The translations under genes were made by a program, and so were the position numbers. From positions 928,001 through 992,000 of the forward strand of contig CAWJRG010000009.1 of NCBI GenBank assembly GCA_963845185.1: a stretch of 64,000 nucleotides of DNA, given 5' to 3'. The notes under the pieces are model-generated. The model saw only the letters and a list, made by a program, of their open reading frames with translations. It searched no databases and was not told the origin of the DNA. Below are positions 1-7,962 of the stretch, piece by piece. Each line of letters opens with the position of its first letter. Positions within the stretch are counted from its first letter, which is position 1. The stretch is from an uncultured bacterium. GTDB lineage: Bacteria; Oederibacteriota; PGYV01; CAWJRG01.

Positions 1-1498
1 TATGTTCTTGTCCAGCATGGGCAGGACTGCCGTGCCTTTCACAAAGCCCCATTCGCCGTTAAGCATTTTCAGCATAAGTGATAGTTTCGTAACTTCAACT
101 GCCTGGTCGTCTATGTCCACGCCGTAAATATGCTCTTTTAAAATCATTGCCTTTTCAGCTACTGTCAACTTTTCCTCGTGGCCCTCGGCCTCTATTGACA
201 CCTGCCCTGTTTCTTTGTCTTTCTCTTCCCTTTTTGCCACTTTGCCTGCTGTTTGTTTCTTTTTCAATTCCAGATAGTATTTCAGCATTTCATCATACGC
301 GCGGATAAGGAAGCTTCCTGAGCCGCAGGCAGGGTCTAAAATCCTGAGTTTCTTTGCCTTTGCTTCCGGCAGTTCGCCAAGCAGTTTGCCCACTGTGTTT
401 TTCACGATATAGTCCACAATATACGCGGGCGTGTAGTAAACCCCGCCGGCCTTGCGGACCTCTGGTTTCAGCTCGTATTTTATGCTGTCTCCGGCGAGTT
501 TTATGGTATAGCCCAGGTATTGCTCGTATATATTGCCGAGCACCTCGATGGGTATGACATCAAACATATACGGCTCGCATGTTTCCTGCACTATCTTATT
601 TGCCGCGGTGAATTCAAGCCTCAGGTCTTTTTCCCAGTCCTGCGCCTTGAAAAGGTCGCTGTTGAATACTCCCTCATATTCCCTGAAAATCCCGTTGAGT
701 ATGTATGTGTAGGTGCTTGTGCCTGTGTTTTCGCCGCGCTCGTCGAAACGCGGCTTCAGCGGCCTTATGCTGACAAGCCCCCTGTCCTCGCAGAACCTGA
801 TAAAAATAATCCTGTCCAGTATTTTCTGCGTCACTTCCTTTAAAAAACGCGCGTCAGCGTCGCGGTTGTCCGAATGGAACAGTTTTAGGTTTTCCTTATA
901 AAGGTTTTTGGCAAGGTGCCCGCGCCAGTCCTCAAGGTCCGAAAGTATGTCCTTGTCTACCGCTGTCCTGGCTTTTGGCTTCTGGATGAAAAGCTTTTCA
1001 AGCGCGCCTTCCATAACGCTGGGTTTTGATAACTGCCATAAGTCGTCAAACTTATCCGCATATTCATCCCAGCTTAAGTGTATTTTCAGGCCTTTTTTGG
1101 CAAACCGCACGTCCGGTTTTAATGTCGTATCAAAAAACATGGTGGTTTCAAAGTCGGTAAGCATGACAAAAGGCACATCTTTCCTGTTATAGCAGTATTT
1201 GACCGCCTGCGGGATTGCTTTTTCCAGGTCAGCCTTGAGTGATTTTGCCTCGACAAAGAATACAACCTTATTGTCCAGTTTTATGCCGAAATCAACCCTG
1301 TCCTTTGATATTCTTGTGCTCCAGCGATACTTCGTCGTGGTTTGTTATGTCCCAGCCCAGCACATCGGATAAAAGCGGGTTTATAAAGGAATATTTTGTG
1401 GATTCCTCGTTATAGGCAGCGGTCTTGCCCGCATCAAGCTCCGCCTTGAATTTGGCAACTAGGTCTATAAGTTTTTGCTTTGCCTGTTCTTTAGTCAT
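1..1498 (-). pseudogene. Type IIG (Eco57I-like) restriction-modification enzyme; one frameshift near 1300-1320; 3' part runs off the window
   Basis: ORF 1498-1292 (YNEESTKYSFINPLL..LGWD) continues in a shifted frame: RISKDRVDFGI..FVEAK (PD-(D/E)xK), LDRIIFIRFCEDRG, LGNIYEQYL, RKAGGVYYTP, ILDPACGSGSF (SAM motif I), IYGVDID. Confidence 0.85.
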
Positions 1499-1532
1499 TT
1501 AAACACCTATTCAATAATTTGGAATTCGGGAT

Positions 1533-2630
1533 TCATTTCCCGTATTTAGCCTCATTTTCTTTAAGTAAATAGTTATCCATTTCCTTTTCCATGTCTTTTA
1601 TATCCGGCAGTTTATTTTTTATCTTTGCTGCTGTCTTATACGCCGATATGCCTATCGGTTTCTTTATATCGCGCAGCGAGTACTCTGCTATGACTTTATT
1701 TTTGTCCTTGCATAGTATGATGCCTATTGCCTGGTTGTCTCCGGGTTTATTCAGCAGGCTGTCTATGGCAGTCAGGTAAAAATTCATTTTACCGGCATAT
1801 TCCGGCTTAAACTTTCCGGTTTTTAATTCTATCGCGACATAACAGCGGAGTTCAAGATGATAAAAAAGCAGGTCTATATAAAAATCTTCGCCGCCTGCTT
1901 CCAGATGGTATTGCCTGCCGACATAGGCAAACCCTTTGCCGAGTTCGAGCAAAAACAATGCGAGATGGTTTATTAGCCCGGTTTCGAGCTCTTTTTCAGA
2001 AACCTGTTCAGACATACTTAAAAAGTCAAAAATATAAGGGTCCTTGATGGTTTCATGCGCCAGGTCGGACTGTATCCCCTGAAGCGTCCTGCGAAAATTA
2101 TGAGTTTTGCTGCCGGATACCTGCCTTTTATACAGCCCTGACTCTATCTGATGCACAAGCACATTTCTTGACCAGCCGTTTTCTACAGCTTTTTTCGCGT
2201 ACCAAACACGCTCTTTAATGTCGTCCGATTTATCCATAAGGGCTATATTGTGATACCACGTCATTTGTGCAAGCACTGCTTGCACAAATTCCCGGTTCCT
2301 GTTCTCTTCCGCAAATTTGCGCATATATTTTAAATTGCGTACGGAAAATCCCTTCATATCGGCAAATTCGCGCGACAGGTCAAACGACATCCTGTCGATA
2401 ACTTTCGCGCCCCATCCTTCATTTTCCTGTTTTTGAAGTATTATATTCCCTATTTCCCAATACAAAAATATAAGTTCTTTATTGACTGAAACAACAGCTT
2501 TTTGCCTCGCCTGCAGTATCTTGTTCTTTATATCTTTGATTGCCTTTTCATATGCCTGTACGGTAATATCTTTGTTTTTTCCCGGTTTCATAACCCAATC
2601 CTTTTTGGTTTTATCATCTTTCCAGGCCAT
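1533..2630 (-). CDS. yhcG: YhcG/DUF1016 family PD-(D/E)xK nuclease-domain protein (start may be slightly downstream)
   Basis: LYWEIG, WGAKVID, GFSVRNLKYMRKF, KDPYIFDFL, FLLELGKGFAYVGRQ, IDLLFYH, IELK..F.PEYAGKMNFY. Confidence 0.92.
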   Translation of the reverse strand: MAWKDDKTKKDWVMKPGKNKDITVQAYEKAIKDIKNKILQARQKAVVSVNKELIFLYWEIGNIILQKQENEGWGAKVIDRMSFDLSREFADMKGFSVRNLKYMRKFAEENRNREFVQAVLAQMTWYHNIALMDKSDDIKERVWYAKKAVENGWSRNVLVHQIESGLYKRQVSGSKTHNFRRTLQGIQSDLAHETIKDPYIFDFLSMSEQVSEKELETGLINHLALFLLELGKGFAYVGRQYHLEAGGEDFYIDLLFYHLELRCYVAIELKTGKFKPEYAGKMNFYLTAIDSLLNKPGDNQAIGIILCKDKNKVIAEYSLRDIKKPIGISAYKTAAKIKNKLPDIKDMEKEMDNYLLKENEAKYGK

Positions 2631-2661
2631 TATTATACCTCAAAATCCGGCATTAACAATC

Positions 2662-2697
2662 GATTCGGAAATTTGGGATTTGGAATTTGGCATTCCA
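2662..2697. repeat. Degenerate heptamer tandem run (GRATTTG-like); related runs at 1517-1535, 7051-7070 and 7420-7452
   Basis: gattcg gaaattt gggattt ggaattt ggcattc. Confidence 0.75.
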
Positions 2698-2727
2698 AAA
2701 ATTGTCAATAGTCAATACCTCTTGTCT

Positions 2728-2794
2728 GGGTAGTTCTTAATATTAAATGAATTATGGATACTACCCGTCAAATAGTCCACAGGACTATTCAACT
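2728..2794 (+). repeat. Two-hairpin element, left copy; inverted relative to 6846-6909
   Basis: gggtagt..actaccc followed by gtcaaatagtccacaggactattcaac; aligns with the reverse complement of 6846-6909. Confidence 0.85.
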
Positions 2795-2883
2795 GCCTTC
2801 GACGGTTTGACAAAACAAACGCTATAAGTTCTCAATTAAAACCTACTACGACCACAAATTCCATTCAGCATGGCCACGGTAAT

Positions 2884-3129
2884 TTATGGTTTCTTTTTAT
2901 ATTCGGACAGAAACCGCCTGTATTTTTCAAGCATGTTTTCGTATTTTTCCGCTATTTCCAGATGGATATTCAGGGATTTCGTTTTCTTATGTTCTTCAAG
3001 CAAGTCCCTGAAGAACTCCGAAGTGTTTTTTCCCTCTTTTTGCGACAGCTCTTCTGCCATTTTCTTTTCCTGGTCATTTACCCTGATTAAAATCATTTTC
3101 ACTTTCCTTAACTTTCCTTTTTCTCTCAT
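2884..3129 (-). CDS. Small ribbon-helix-helix DNA-binding protein (MobC/DUF1778-like)
   Basis: MILIRVNDQEKKMAEELSQKEGKNTSEFFRDLL fits the RHH pattern; GAGG upstream. Confidence 0.65.
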   Translation of the reverse strand: MREKGKLRKVKMILIRVNDQEKKMAEELSQKEGKNTSEFFRDLLEEHKKTKSLNIHLEIAEKYENMLEKYRRFLSEYKKKP

Positions 3130-3178
3130 TTTGATAACCTCGTTTGATATTATTTAAATGCCTGATGCCGATATCAAT

Positions 3179-3211
3179 AAATTTTCAATTCTCAATTTTC
3201 AATTTTCAATT
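3179..3211. repeat. Heptamer tandem run (AATTTTC)n; opposite-orientation relatives at 4232-4264 and 5281-5312
   Basis: aattttc aattctc aattttc aattttc aatt. Confidence 0.8.
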
Positions 3212-3216
3212 AAAAA

Positions 3217-4218
3217 CTACTGCGCCCGCCATACGTCGTTCAAAGCGCCGCTTGCGTTGTCGCCCGCTATCACCCACATTTTGTTGTTAAATACCACGCT
3301 TGTATGCCATGCCCTCGTGCCGAAATCAGCCGCTGATGTCGCCTGCGTCCACGTAATGCCGTCGCCTGAGCTCCATATATCATTCAGGAAATTTCCCGCG
3401 TAAAACCCCGCTATTACCCATATCCTGTTGTTATATACAACGCTCGTATGGCTGTCCCTTGTAATGAAGCCGGCTGCTGCCGTTGCCTGGGTCCATGACA
3501 AACCGTCGCTTGAGTACCATACGTCGCTCGTGTCATTGCCGGTATTATAACTTAGGCCTCCTATGACCCACATCTTATTGTTAAACACCACGCTTGTGTG
3601 GCTGTGCCTTGGCGTAAAGGCCGCGGTCCCGGTCACCTGCGTCCATGCAATACCATCAGTTGTATTCCATACGTCATTGTATTCGTAGGTATAATAATTA
3701 TAACCTGCTATGACCCACATTTTATTGTTATATGAAACAGCCGTGTGAAAGTATCTCGGGCTGAAACCCGCTGCTCCCGTCACCTGTGTCCATGTTTTGC
3801 CGTCGCCCGAGCTCCATACGTCATTAACAAAAGCTCCGGTATTGGATGTATCACCGCCCAAAACCCATATTGAGTTATTATATACGACGCTGGCATGCCC
3901 CATCCTCGGGATAAAGCCAGCTGTCCCTGTCACATTTACCCAGGTTGTTCCGTCTCCTGAGTTCCACACGTCGCTGTAATAAGTCGTCGTCGTGCTGTTG
4001 TAATACGATCCGCCTATTACCCAGACAGCATTGTTAAATACAACGCTGGAATGAGATGCCCTGACGCCGAACAGCGCCGACGCCGTGGCCAGTGCCCATT
4101 TGCCTCCCTGACCCGGAGTTGCTGTCGCCGCAGGCGAAGTCGGCGAGGATTTTTTCGAGCAGTTGGATATAATTAAAATCGCGAAGATAATCAATACAGG
4201 GATTAAAATTTTTTTCAT
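3217..4218 (-). CDS. Lipoprotein with Kelch-type beta-propeller
   Basis: Lipobox ISNC; six repeats of R.xH.SVV(F/Y)NN.MWVI(G/A)G...NDVW.S.DG.TW. Confidence 0.88.
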   Translation of the reverse strand: MKKILIPVLIIFAILIISNCSKKSSPTSPAATATPGQGGKWALATASALFGVRASHSSVVFNNAVWVIGGSYYNSTTTTYYSDVWNSGDGTTWVNVTGTAGFIPRMGHASVVYNNSIWVLGGDTSNTGAFVNDVWSSGDGKTWTQVTGAAGFSPRYFHTAVSYNNKMWVIAGYNYYTYEYNDVWNTTDGIAWTQVTGTAAFTPRHSHTSVVFNNKMWVIGGLSYNTGNDTSDVWYSSDGLSWTQATAAAGFITRDSHTSVVYNNRIWVIAGFYAGNFLNDIWSSGDGITWTQATSAADFGTRAWHTSVVFNNKMWVIAGDNASGALNDVWRAQ

Positions 4219-4298
4219 AAAATTTTCACCTCAATTGAGAATTGAAAATTATTAATTGACAATTGTTTCACGGGTGGAATTTTTCGATTCTGTTATTA
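4121..4298. repeat. ~178-bp direct repeat (second copy 5169-5346) spanning gene end, intergenic region and next signal peptide
   Basis: Near-identical NNRIEKFHP-stop, intergenic caattg..aattgaaaattattaatt, and MKKILIPVLI..SNCSKK..PTSPAATA; offset 1048 bp. Confidence 0.9.
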
Positions 4299-5266
4299 AA
4301 CCCGTCCGCAACATATACGTTGCCGCTGCTATCTATTGCAATTCCGGCAGGGCCATAAAACTGTCCATTGCCGTTTCCATAACTTCCCCATTGCGTTATA
4401 TATGTGCCTGTACTGCTGAATTTTTCTATCCTGTTGTTAGGATTCGCATCTGTAACATACACGTTTTCACTGCTGTCTATTGCTATTCCAATAGGGTTTT
4501 CAAACTGCCCGTTGCCTGTCCCTGCGCTTCCCCATTGTGTTATATACATCCCCGAGCTGCTGAATTTTTGGACTCTGTAATTGGCCTGTTCTACAACATA
4601 TACGTTGCCGCTGCTGGCTGCTGCCACTCCAAGAGGCAGATTAAACTGCCCGTTGCCGCTTCCGGAACTGCCCCATTTTGTTATATACGTGCCTGTACTG
4701 CTAAATTTCTGGATATTGTCATTATAATAGTCTGAGACATACACATTCCCGCTGCTGTCCACTGCCAGGAAAAACGGCCCGGCAAACTGGCCGTTGCCGG
4801 TTCCTTCACTGCCCCATTGTGTTGTATATATGCCTGTACTGCTGAATTCTTGGATTCTGTAATTATCCGTGTCCGCGACATACACATCCCCGCTGCTATC
4901 TAATGCGATTCCTCCTCCTGACGCAACAAAAACATCCATATAAAATTGCCCATTGCCGGTTCCGTAACTGCCCCATTGGTTGATATATGCCCCTGTGCTG
5001 CTGAATTCTTGGATTTTGTTATTACCCGAATCTGAAACATACACGTCTCCGCTGCTGTTTACTGCTATTCCCCACGGGCCGTTAAACTGCCCGTTGCCGC
5101 TTCCGTAACTGCCCCATGCTGTTACAAACATCGCGGTCATAGTCGCTGTCGCATTAGGCGTGTTTGTCGCTGTCGCCGCAGGCGAAGTTGGTAATCGCTT
5201 TTTCGAGCAGTTGGATATGATTAAAATCGCGATGAGGATTAATACTGGGATTAAAATTTTTTTCAT
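4268..5266 (-). CDS. Lipoprotein with NHL-repeat 6-bladed beta-propeller
   Basis: Lipobox ISNC; repeats GNGQF..P.GIA.DSSGNVYV.D..N.RI..FSS.G.YITQWGS. Confidence 0.9.
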   Translation of the reverse strand: MKKILIPVLILIAILIISNCSKKRLPTSPAATATNTPNATATMTAMFVTAWGSYGSGNGQFNGPWGIAVNSSGDVYVSDSGNNKIQEFSSTGAYINQWGSYGTGNGQFYMDVFVASGGGIALDSSGDVYVADTDNYRIQEFSSTGIYTTQWGSEGTGNGQFAGPFFLAVDSSGNVYVSDYYNDNIQKFSSTGTYITKWGSSGSGNGQFNLPLGVAAASSGNVYVVEQANYRVQKFSSSGMYITQWGSAGTGNGQFENPIGIAIDSSENVYVTDANPNNRIEKFSSTGTYITQWGSYGNGNGQFYGPAGIAIDSSGNVYVADGFNNRIEKFHP

Positions 5267-5315
5267 AAAATTTTTACCTCAATTGAAAATTGAAAATTAT
5301 TAATTAACAATTGTT

Positions 5316-6833
5316 TCACGGGTGGAATTTTTCGATCCTGTTATTATACGTATCCTCAACATACACGTTCCCGTTGTTATCCGTTGCTATTCCTTCAGGA
5401 GAATTGAACTGGCCGTTGCTGGTTCCGGCGCTGCCCCATTGCGTTATATATGTGCCTGAACTGCTGAATTCCTGGATATTGTTATTGGTTGTGTCTGAAA
5501 CATACACGTTACCGCTGCTGTCTACTGCCACTCCCCACAGGCTTTCAAACTGCCCGTTGCCTGTTCCCTGGCTGCCCCATTGCGTTATATATGTGCCTGA
5601 AAGGCTGAATTTTTCAATTCTGTAATTCCCTAAATCCGTGACATATACGTTCCCGCTGCCGTCTGTTGCTATCCCTTCAATGCCGTTAAACTGCCCGTTG
5701 CCGCTTCCATTGGTGCCCCATTGGCCTATATATGTGCCCCAGGTGTAGAATTCTTCTATCCTGCTATTATAATTATCCGCAACATACAGCAGGCTGTTGC
5801 TGCCGTCCACTGCCAGCCCTTCGGCATAACCAAACTGCCCGTTGCCGCTTCCTTCACCGCCAAACTGGTTTATGTACGCGAATGAGCTGCTGAATTCTTC
5901 TATCCTTGGATATTCCGAGTCCGCGACATATATGTTCCCGCTGCTGTCAAATCCCAGTCCCCACGGCCAGTTAAACTGCCCGTTGCCGCTTCCGGAACTG
6001 CCAAATTGTGCTATGTAGGCTCCTGAGCCGCTGAATTCTTCGACCCTGTTATTATACGTGTCTGTAACATAAACATTTCCGCTGCTGTCGCATGCTATTC
6101 CAACAGGGTCATAAAACTGCCCGTTGCCTGTTCCGTAGCTTCCCCATGCGGTCACAAACATTGCGGTCATGGTTGCTGTCGCGTGCGCCGGTGCCAGTGC
6201 CGTTGCTGTTGCCTGCGCAATAGCCGTCAGTGTAGGGTTCATCACCAGCGCCGTTGCAGTTTCTATGGCCTGTGCAGTGGCTGTTTGCTGGGCATGAACC
6301 TGCGCCAAAGCTGTTTCCTGCGCCTGTGCCGTGGCTGTTTCCTGCGCCTGCGCCTGCGCGGTTGCTGTTTCCTGTGCCTGCGCCTGTGCAGTGGCTGTTG
6401 CTATTGCGGACGGCCCTGCTGTCTGCAATACCGCAGCTGTCGCAGTTGCCTGCGCCGACGGCCCTGCTGTCAATAATGCCGCTGCCGTGGCAGTAGCGAT
6501 GGTCCCTGCTATTGATGTCTGCTGCGCAGCTGCAGTTGCAGTGGCCTGCGCGGATTTCCCGGCTGTCAGCAATGCCCTCACTGTTGCAGTCTCGATAAGC
6601 CCTGCTATTGATGTCTGCGTCATTTGCGCCTGTTCTGTTGCAGTCGCCTGCGCCTGCGCGGTCGCTGTCGCCTGCGCAGACGGCCCTGCTGTTTCGAGGT
6701 AATCAATAGTGGCTGTCATATTGGGCGTGTCTGTAACTGTTGCCGCAGGGGACGCGGGTGAGGATTTTTTCGAGCAGTTGGAAATAATTACAATTGCGAA
6801 GAGAACTAATACAGGGACTAAAATTTTTTTCAT
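5316..6833 (-). CDS. Lipoprotein with Ala/Thr/Gln-rich stalk and NHL-repeat beta-propeller
   Basis: ATG at 6833 after GGGAGG; lipobox ISNC; TATAQAQ and TAGPSAQATATA repeats; NHL repeats. Confidence 0.9.
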   Translation of the reverse strand: MKKILVPVLVLFAIVIISNCSKKSSPASPAATVTDTPNMTATIDYLETAGPSAQATATAQAQATATEQAQMTQTSIAGLIETATVRALLTAGKSAQATATAAAQQTSIAGTIATATAAALLTAGPSAQATATAAVLQTAGPSAIATATAQAQAQETATAQAQAQETATAQAQETALAQVHAQQTATAQAIETATALVMNPTLTAIAQATATALAPAHATATMTAMFVTAWGSYGTGNGQFYDPVGIACDSSGNVYVTDTYNNRVEEFSGSGAYIAQFGSSGSGNGQFNWPWGLGFDSSGNIYVADSEYPRIEEFSSSFAYINQFGGEGSGNGQFGYAEGLAVDGSNSLLYVADNYNSRIEEFYTWGTYIGQWGTNGSGNGQFNGIEGIATDGSGNVYVTDLGNYRIEKFSLSGTYITQWGSQGTGNGQFESLWGVAVDSSGNVYVSDTTNNNIQEFSSSGTYITQWGSAGTSNGQFNSPEGIATDNNGNVYVEDTYNNRIEKFHP

Positions 6834-6845
6834 ATTGCCTCCCTT

Positions 6846-6909
6846 AGTCAAATAATCCTGTGGATTATTTGACGGGTAGTATCAATAAATTATCATATTA
6901 AAACTACCC
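6846..6909 (-). repeat. Two-hairpin element, right copy; inverted relative to 2728-2794 and abutting the RBS of the lipoprotein cluster
   Basis: gtcaaataatcctgtggattatttgac followed by gggtagt..actaccc. Confidence 0.85.
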
Positions 6910-6952
6910 TAAGTTTACGAAATCATGTACTCCATGCTTCGCATGGACATGT

Positions 6953-7045
6953 CAGAGTAATGATTTTGCTTCTCTGTTGACGCTTGCAAAATCAAACTCT
7001 GTCAAGCCGCTCAAGTCCGAGGTTGTTAACCGAGGACAAGCGGTA
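6953..7045. repeat. Hairpin modules B0 (6953-7001, +) and A0 (7007-7045, -)
   Basis: gagtaatgattttgc..ctgttgacgctt..gcaaaatcaaactc; reverse complement taccgcttgtc..gacttgagcgg. Confidence 0.75.
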
Positions 7046-7271
7046 TTTTCATTTGGAATTTGGGATTCGAATGCTTGATGCCAAACCCCGGATATTAATG
7101 CTTATATAATGTATACTCCAATAACCTGGTTTTTTCAAGGTGTTTTGTTGTACGCTAAAGATATACGGACGCCTTGGGCGAGAAAGTTGAAAGTTGAACA
7201 GTAGACAGGCGATGGAAATAATGAGAAATGGAAAGTGGGAAACGGGAAGCGGGAAGCGGAAGAGTAACCCT

Positions 7272-7304
7272 AAATCCCCCTGGCCCACTTTGCTAAAGTG
7301 GGGC
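7272..7304. repeat. REP-like palindrome
   Basis: aaatccccctggcccactttgctaaagtggggc (cccacttt/aaagtggg stem). Confidence 0.5.
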
Positions 7305-7332
7305 TACATTCCACGTTTCCCTTTTGATGCAT

Positions 7333-7361
7333 TTGACAATTCAGACAGGTTCACATATAAT
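7333..7361 (+). promoter_or_regulatory. Consensus sigma70 promoter
   Basis: TTGACA (7333-7338), 17-nt spacer, TATAAT (7356-7361). Confidence 0.85.
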
Positions 7362-7372
7362 AAAAAAATCAA

Positions 7373-7677
7373 GCACCGCTTGTCCGGATGAAACCCGGAC
7401 TTGAACGGGTGCGTGTTCTGGATTCGGGATTCAGTATTTGGGATTTGAGATTAAATGCCGAATGCCAAATAAACGAAATGATATCAAATACCTCTTGTCA
7501 GGATAAAACCCTGACTTGAGCGGGTACATGATTTCGTAATACTTTGCCGACGACTGTTGACGGCTTGCAAAAAGCTACACCTCTTGTCTCTCGCAGGCTC
7601 GAGACTGGAGCGGGTGTAAGCAAGAGTAATATTTTTGCTTCACCTGTTGACGGCTTGCAAAAATAAACTCTTGCTTA
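7373..7677 (+). ncRNA. Putative structured leader or repeat array: hairpin modules A1 7373-7412, A2 7489-7526, B1 7536-7578, A3 7576-7618, B2 7617-7677
   Basis: A = acc(g/t)cttgtc-stem-loop-gact(t/g)ga(g/a)cgggt; B shares the exact ctgttgacggcttgcaaaaa at 7554 and 7644; stems covary between copies. RNA-level function is inferred. Confidence 0.5.
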
Positions 7678-7690
7678 GGAGGTCTTTAAT

Positions 7691-7852
7691 ATGTGGAATA
7701 TATTTCATTTAGGCTTGAATCTGCTGCCGTTTATATTTTTAGCGGTTGTAATCATAGCCGTTTTCGTGGCGCTCGCGCCGCTGAAGCTATGGTCAATAGA
7801 CAGGACTTTAAAGGAGATATTGAAGGAACTGAAGAAGAAAAACGGCGGGTAA
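7691..7852 (+). CDS. 53-aa single-pass membrane peptide (missing from the ORF track)
   Basis: AGGAGG at 7677-7682, ATG at 7691; MWNIFHLGLNLLPFIFLAVVIIAVFVALAPLKLWSIDRTLKEILKELKKKNGG*. Confidence 0.75.
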   Translation: MWNIFHLGLNLLPFIFLAVVIIAVFVALAPLKLWSIDRTLKEILKELKKKNGG

Positions 7853-7896
7853 ATAATTTATTTGCCGGTTTTTTGCCTTCTTTCTTTTAATAGCGT

Positions 7897-7934
7897 CACC
7901 CTCACCCTGTCCCTCTCCCGTCAAGGGAGAGGGA
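7897..7934. repeat. CCCTCACCC..CCCTCTCCC/GGGAGAGGG-type palindromic repeat between convergent genes; may act as terminator
   Basis: caccctcaccctgtccctctcccgtcaagggagaggga. Confidence 0.7.
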
Positions 7935-7962
7935 TGTGAATCGACCGGCATTTTTTGCGGGC

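Noticed and set aside
3217..6833. Diversity-generating retroelement TR/VR pair
   Set aside because: No reverse transcriptase, and the differences between repeats are not adenine-specific.
7049..7391. ORFs 7049-7288 (-) and 7194-7391 (+)
   Set aside because: They are translations of heptamer runs and palindromes, and the + ORF overlaps the promoter.
7489..7677. CRISPR mini-array from the ~90-bp periodic repeats
   Set aside because: Only two units; the intervening sequences are themselves conserved hairpins rather than unique spacers; no cas genes in the window.
2700..7700. Integron attC sites or IscB/TnpB omega-RNA as the identity of the hairpins
   Set aside because: No RYYYAAC..GTTRRRY ends bounding each gene, and no integrase, TnpA, TnpB or IscB in the window; resemblance is limited to short GTCAA/TTGAC words.
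7693..7890. ORF-track 65-aa ORF
   Set aside because: The frame starting at ATG 7691 has a better start codon, good RBS spacing and a coherent membrane-peptide sequence.
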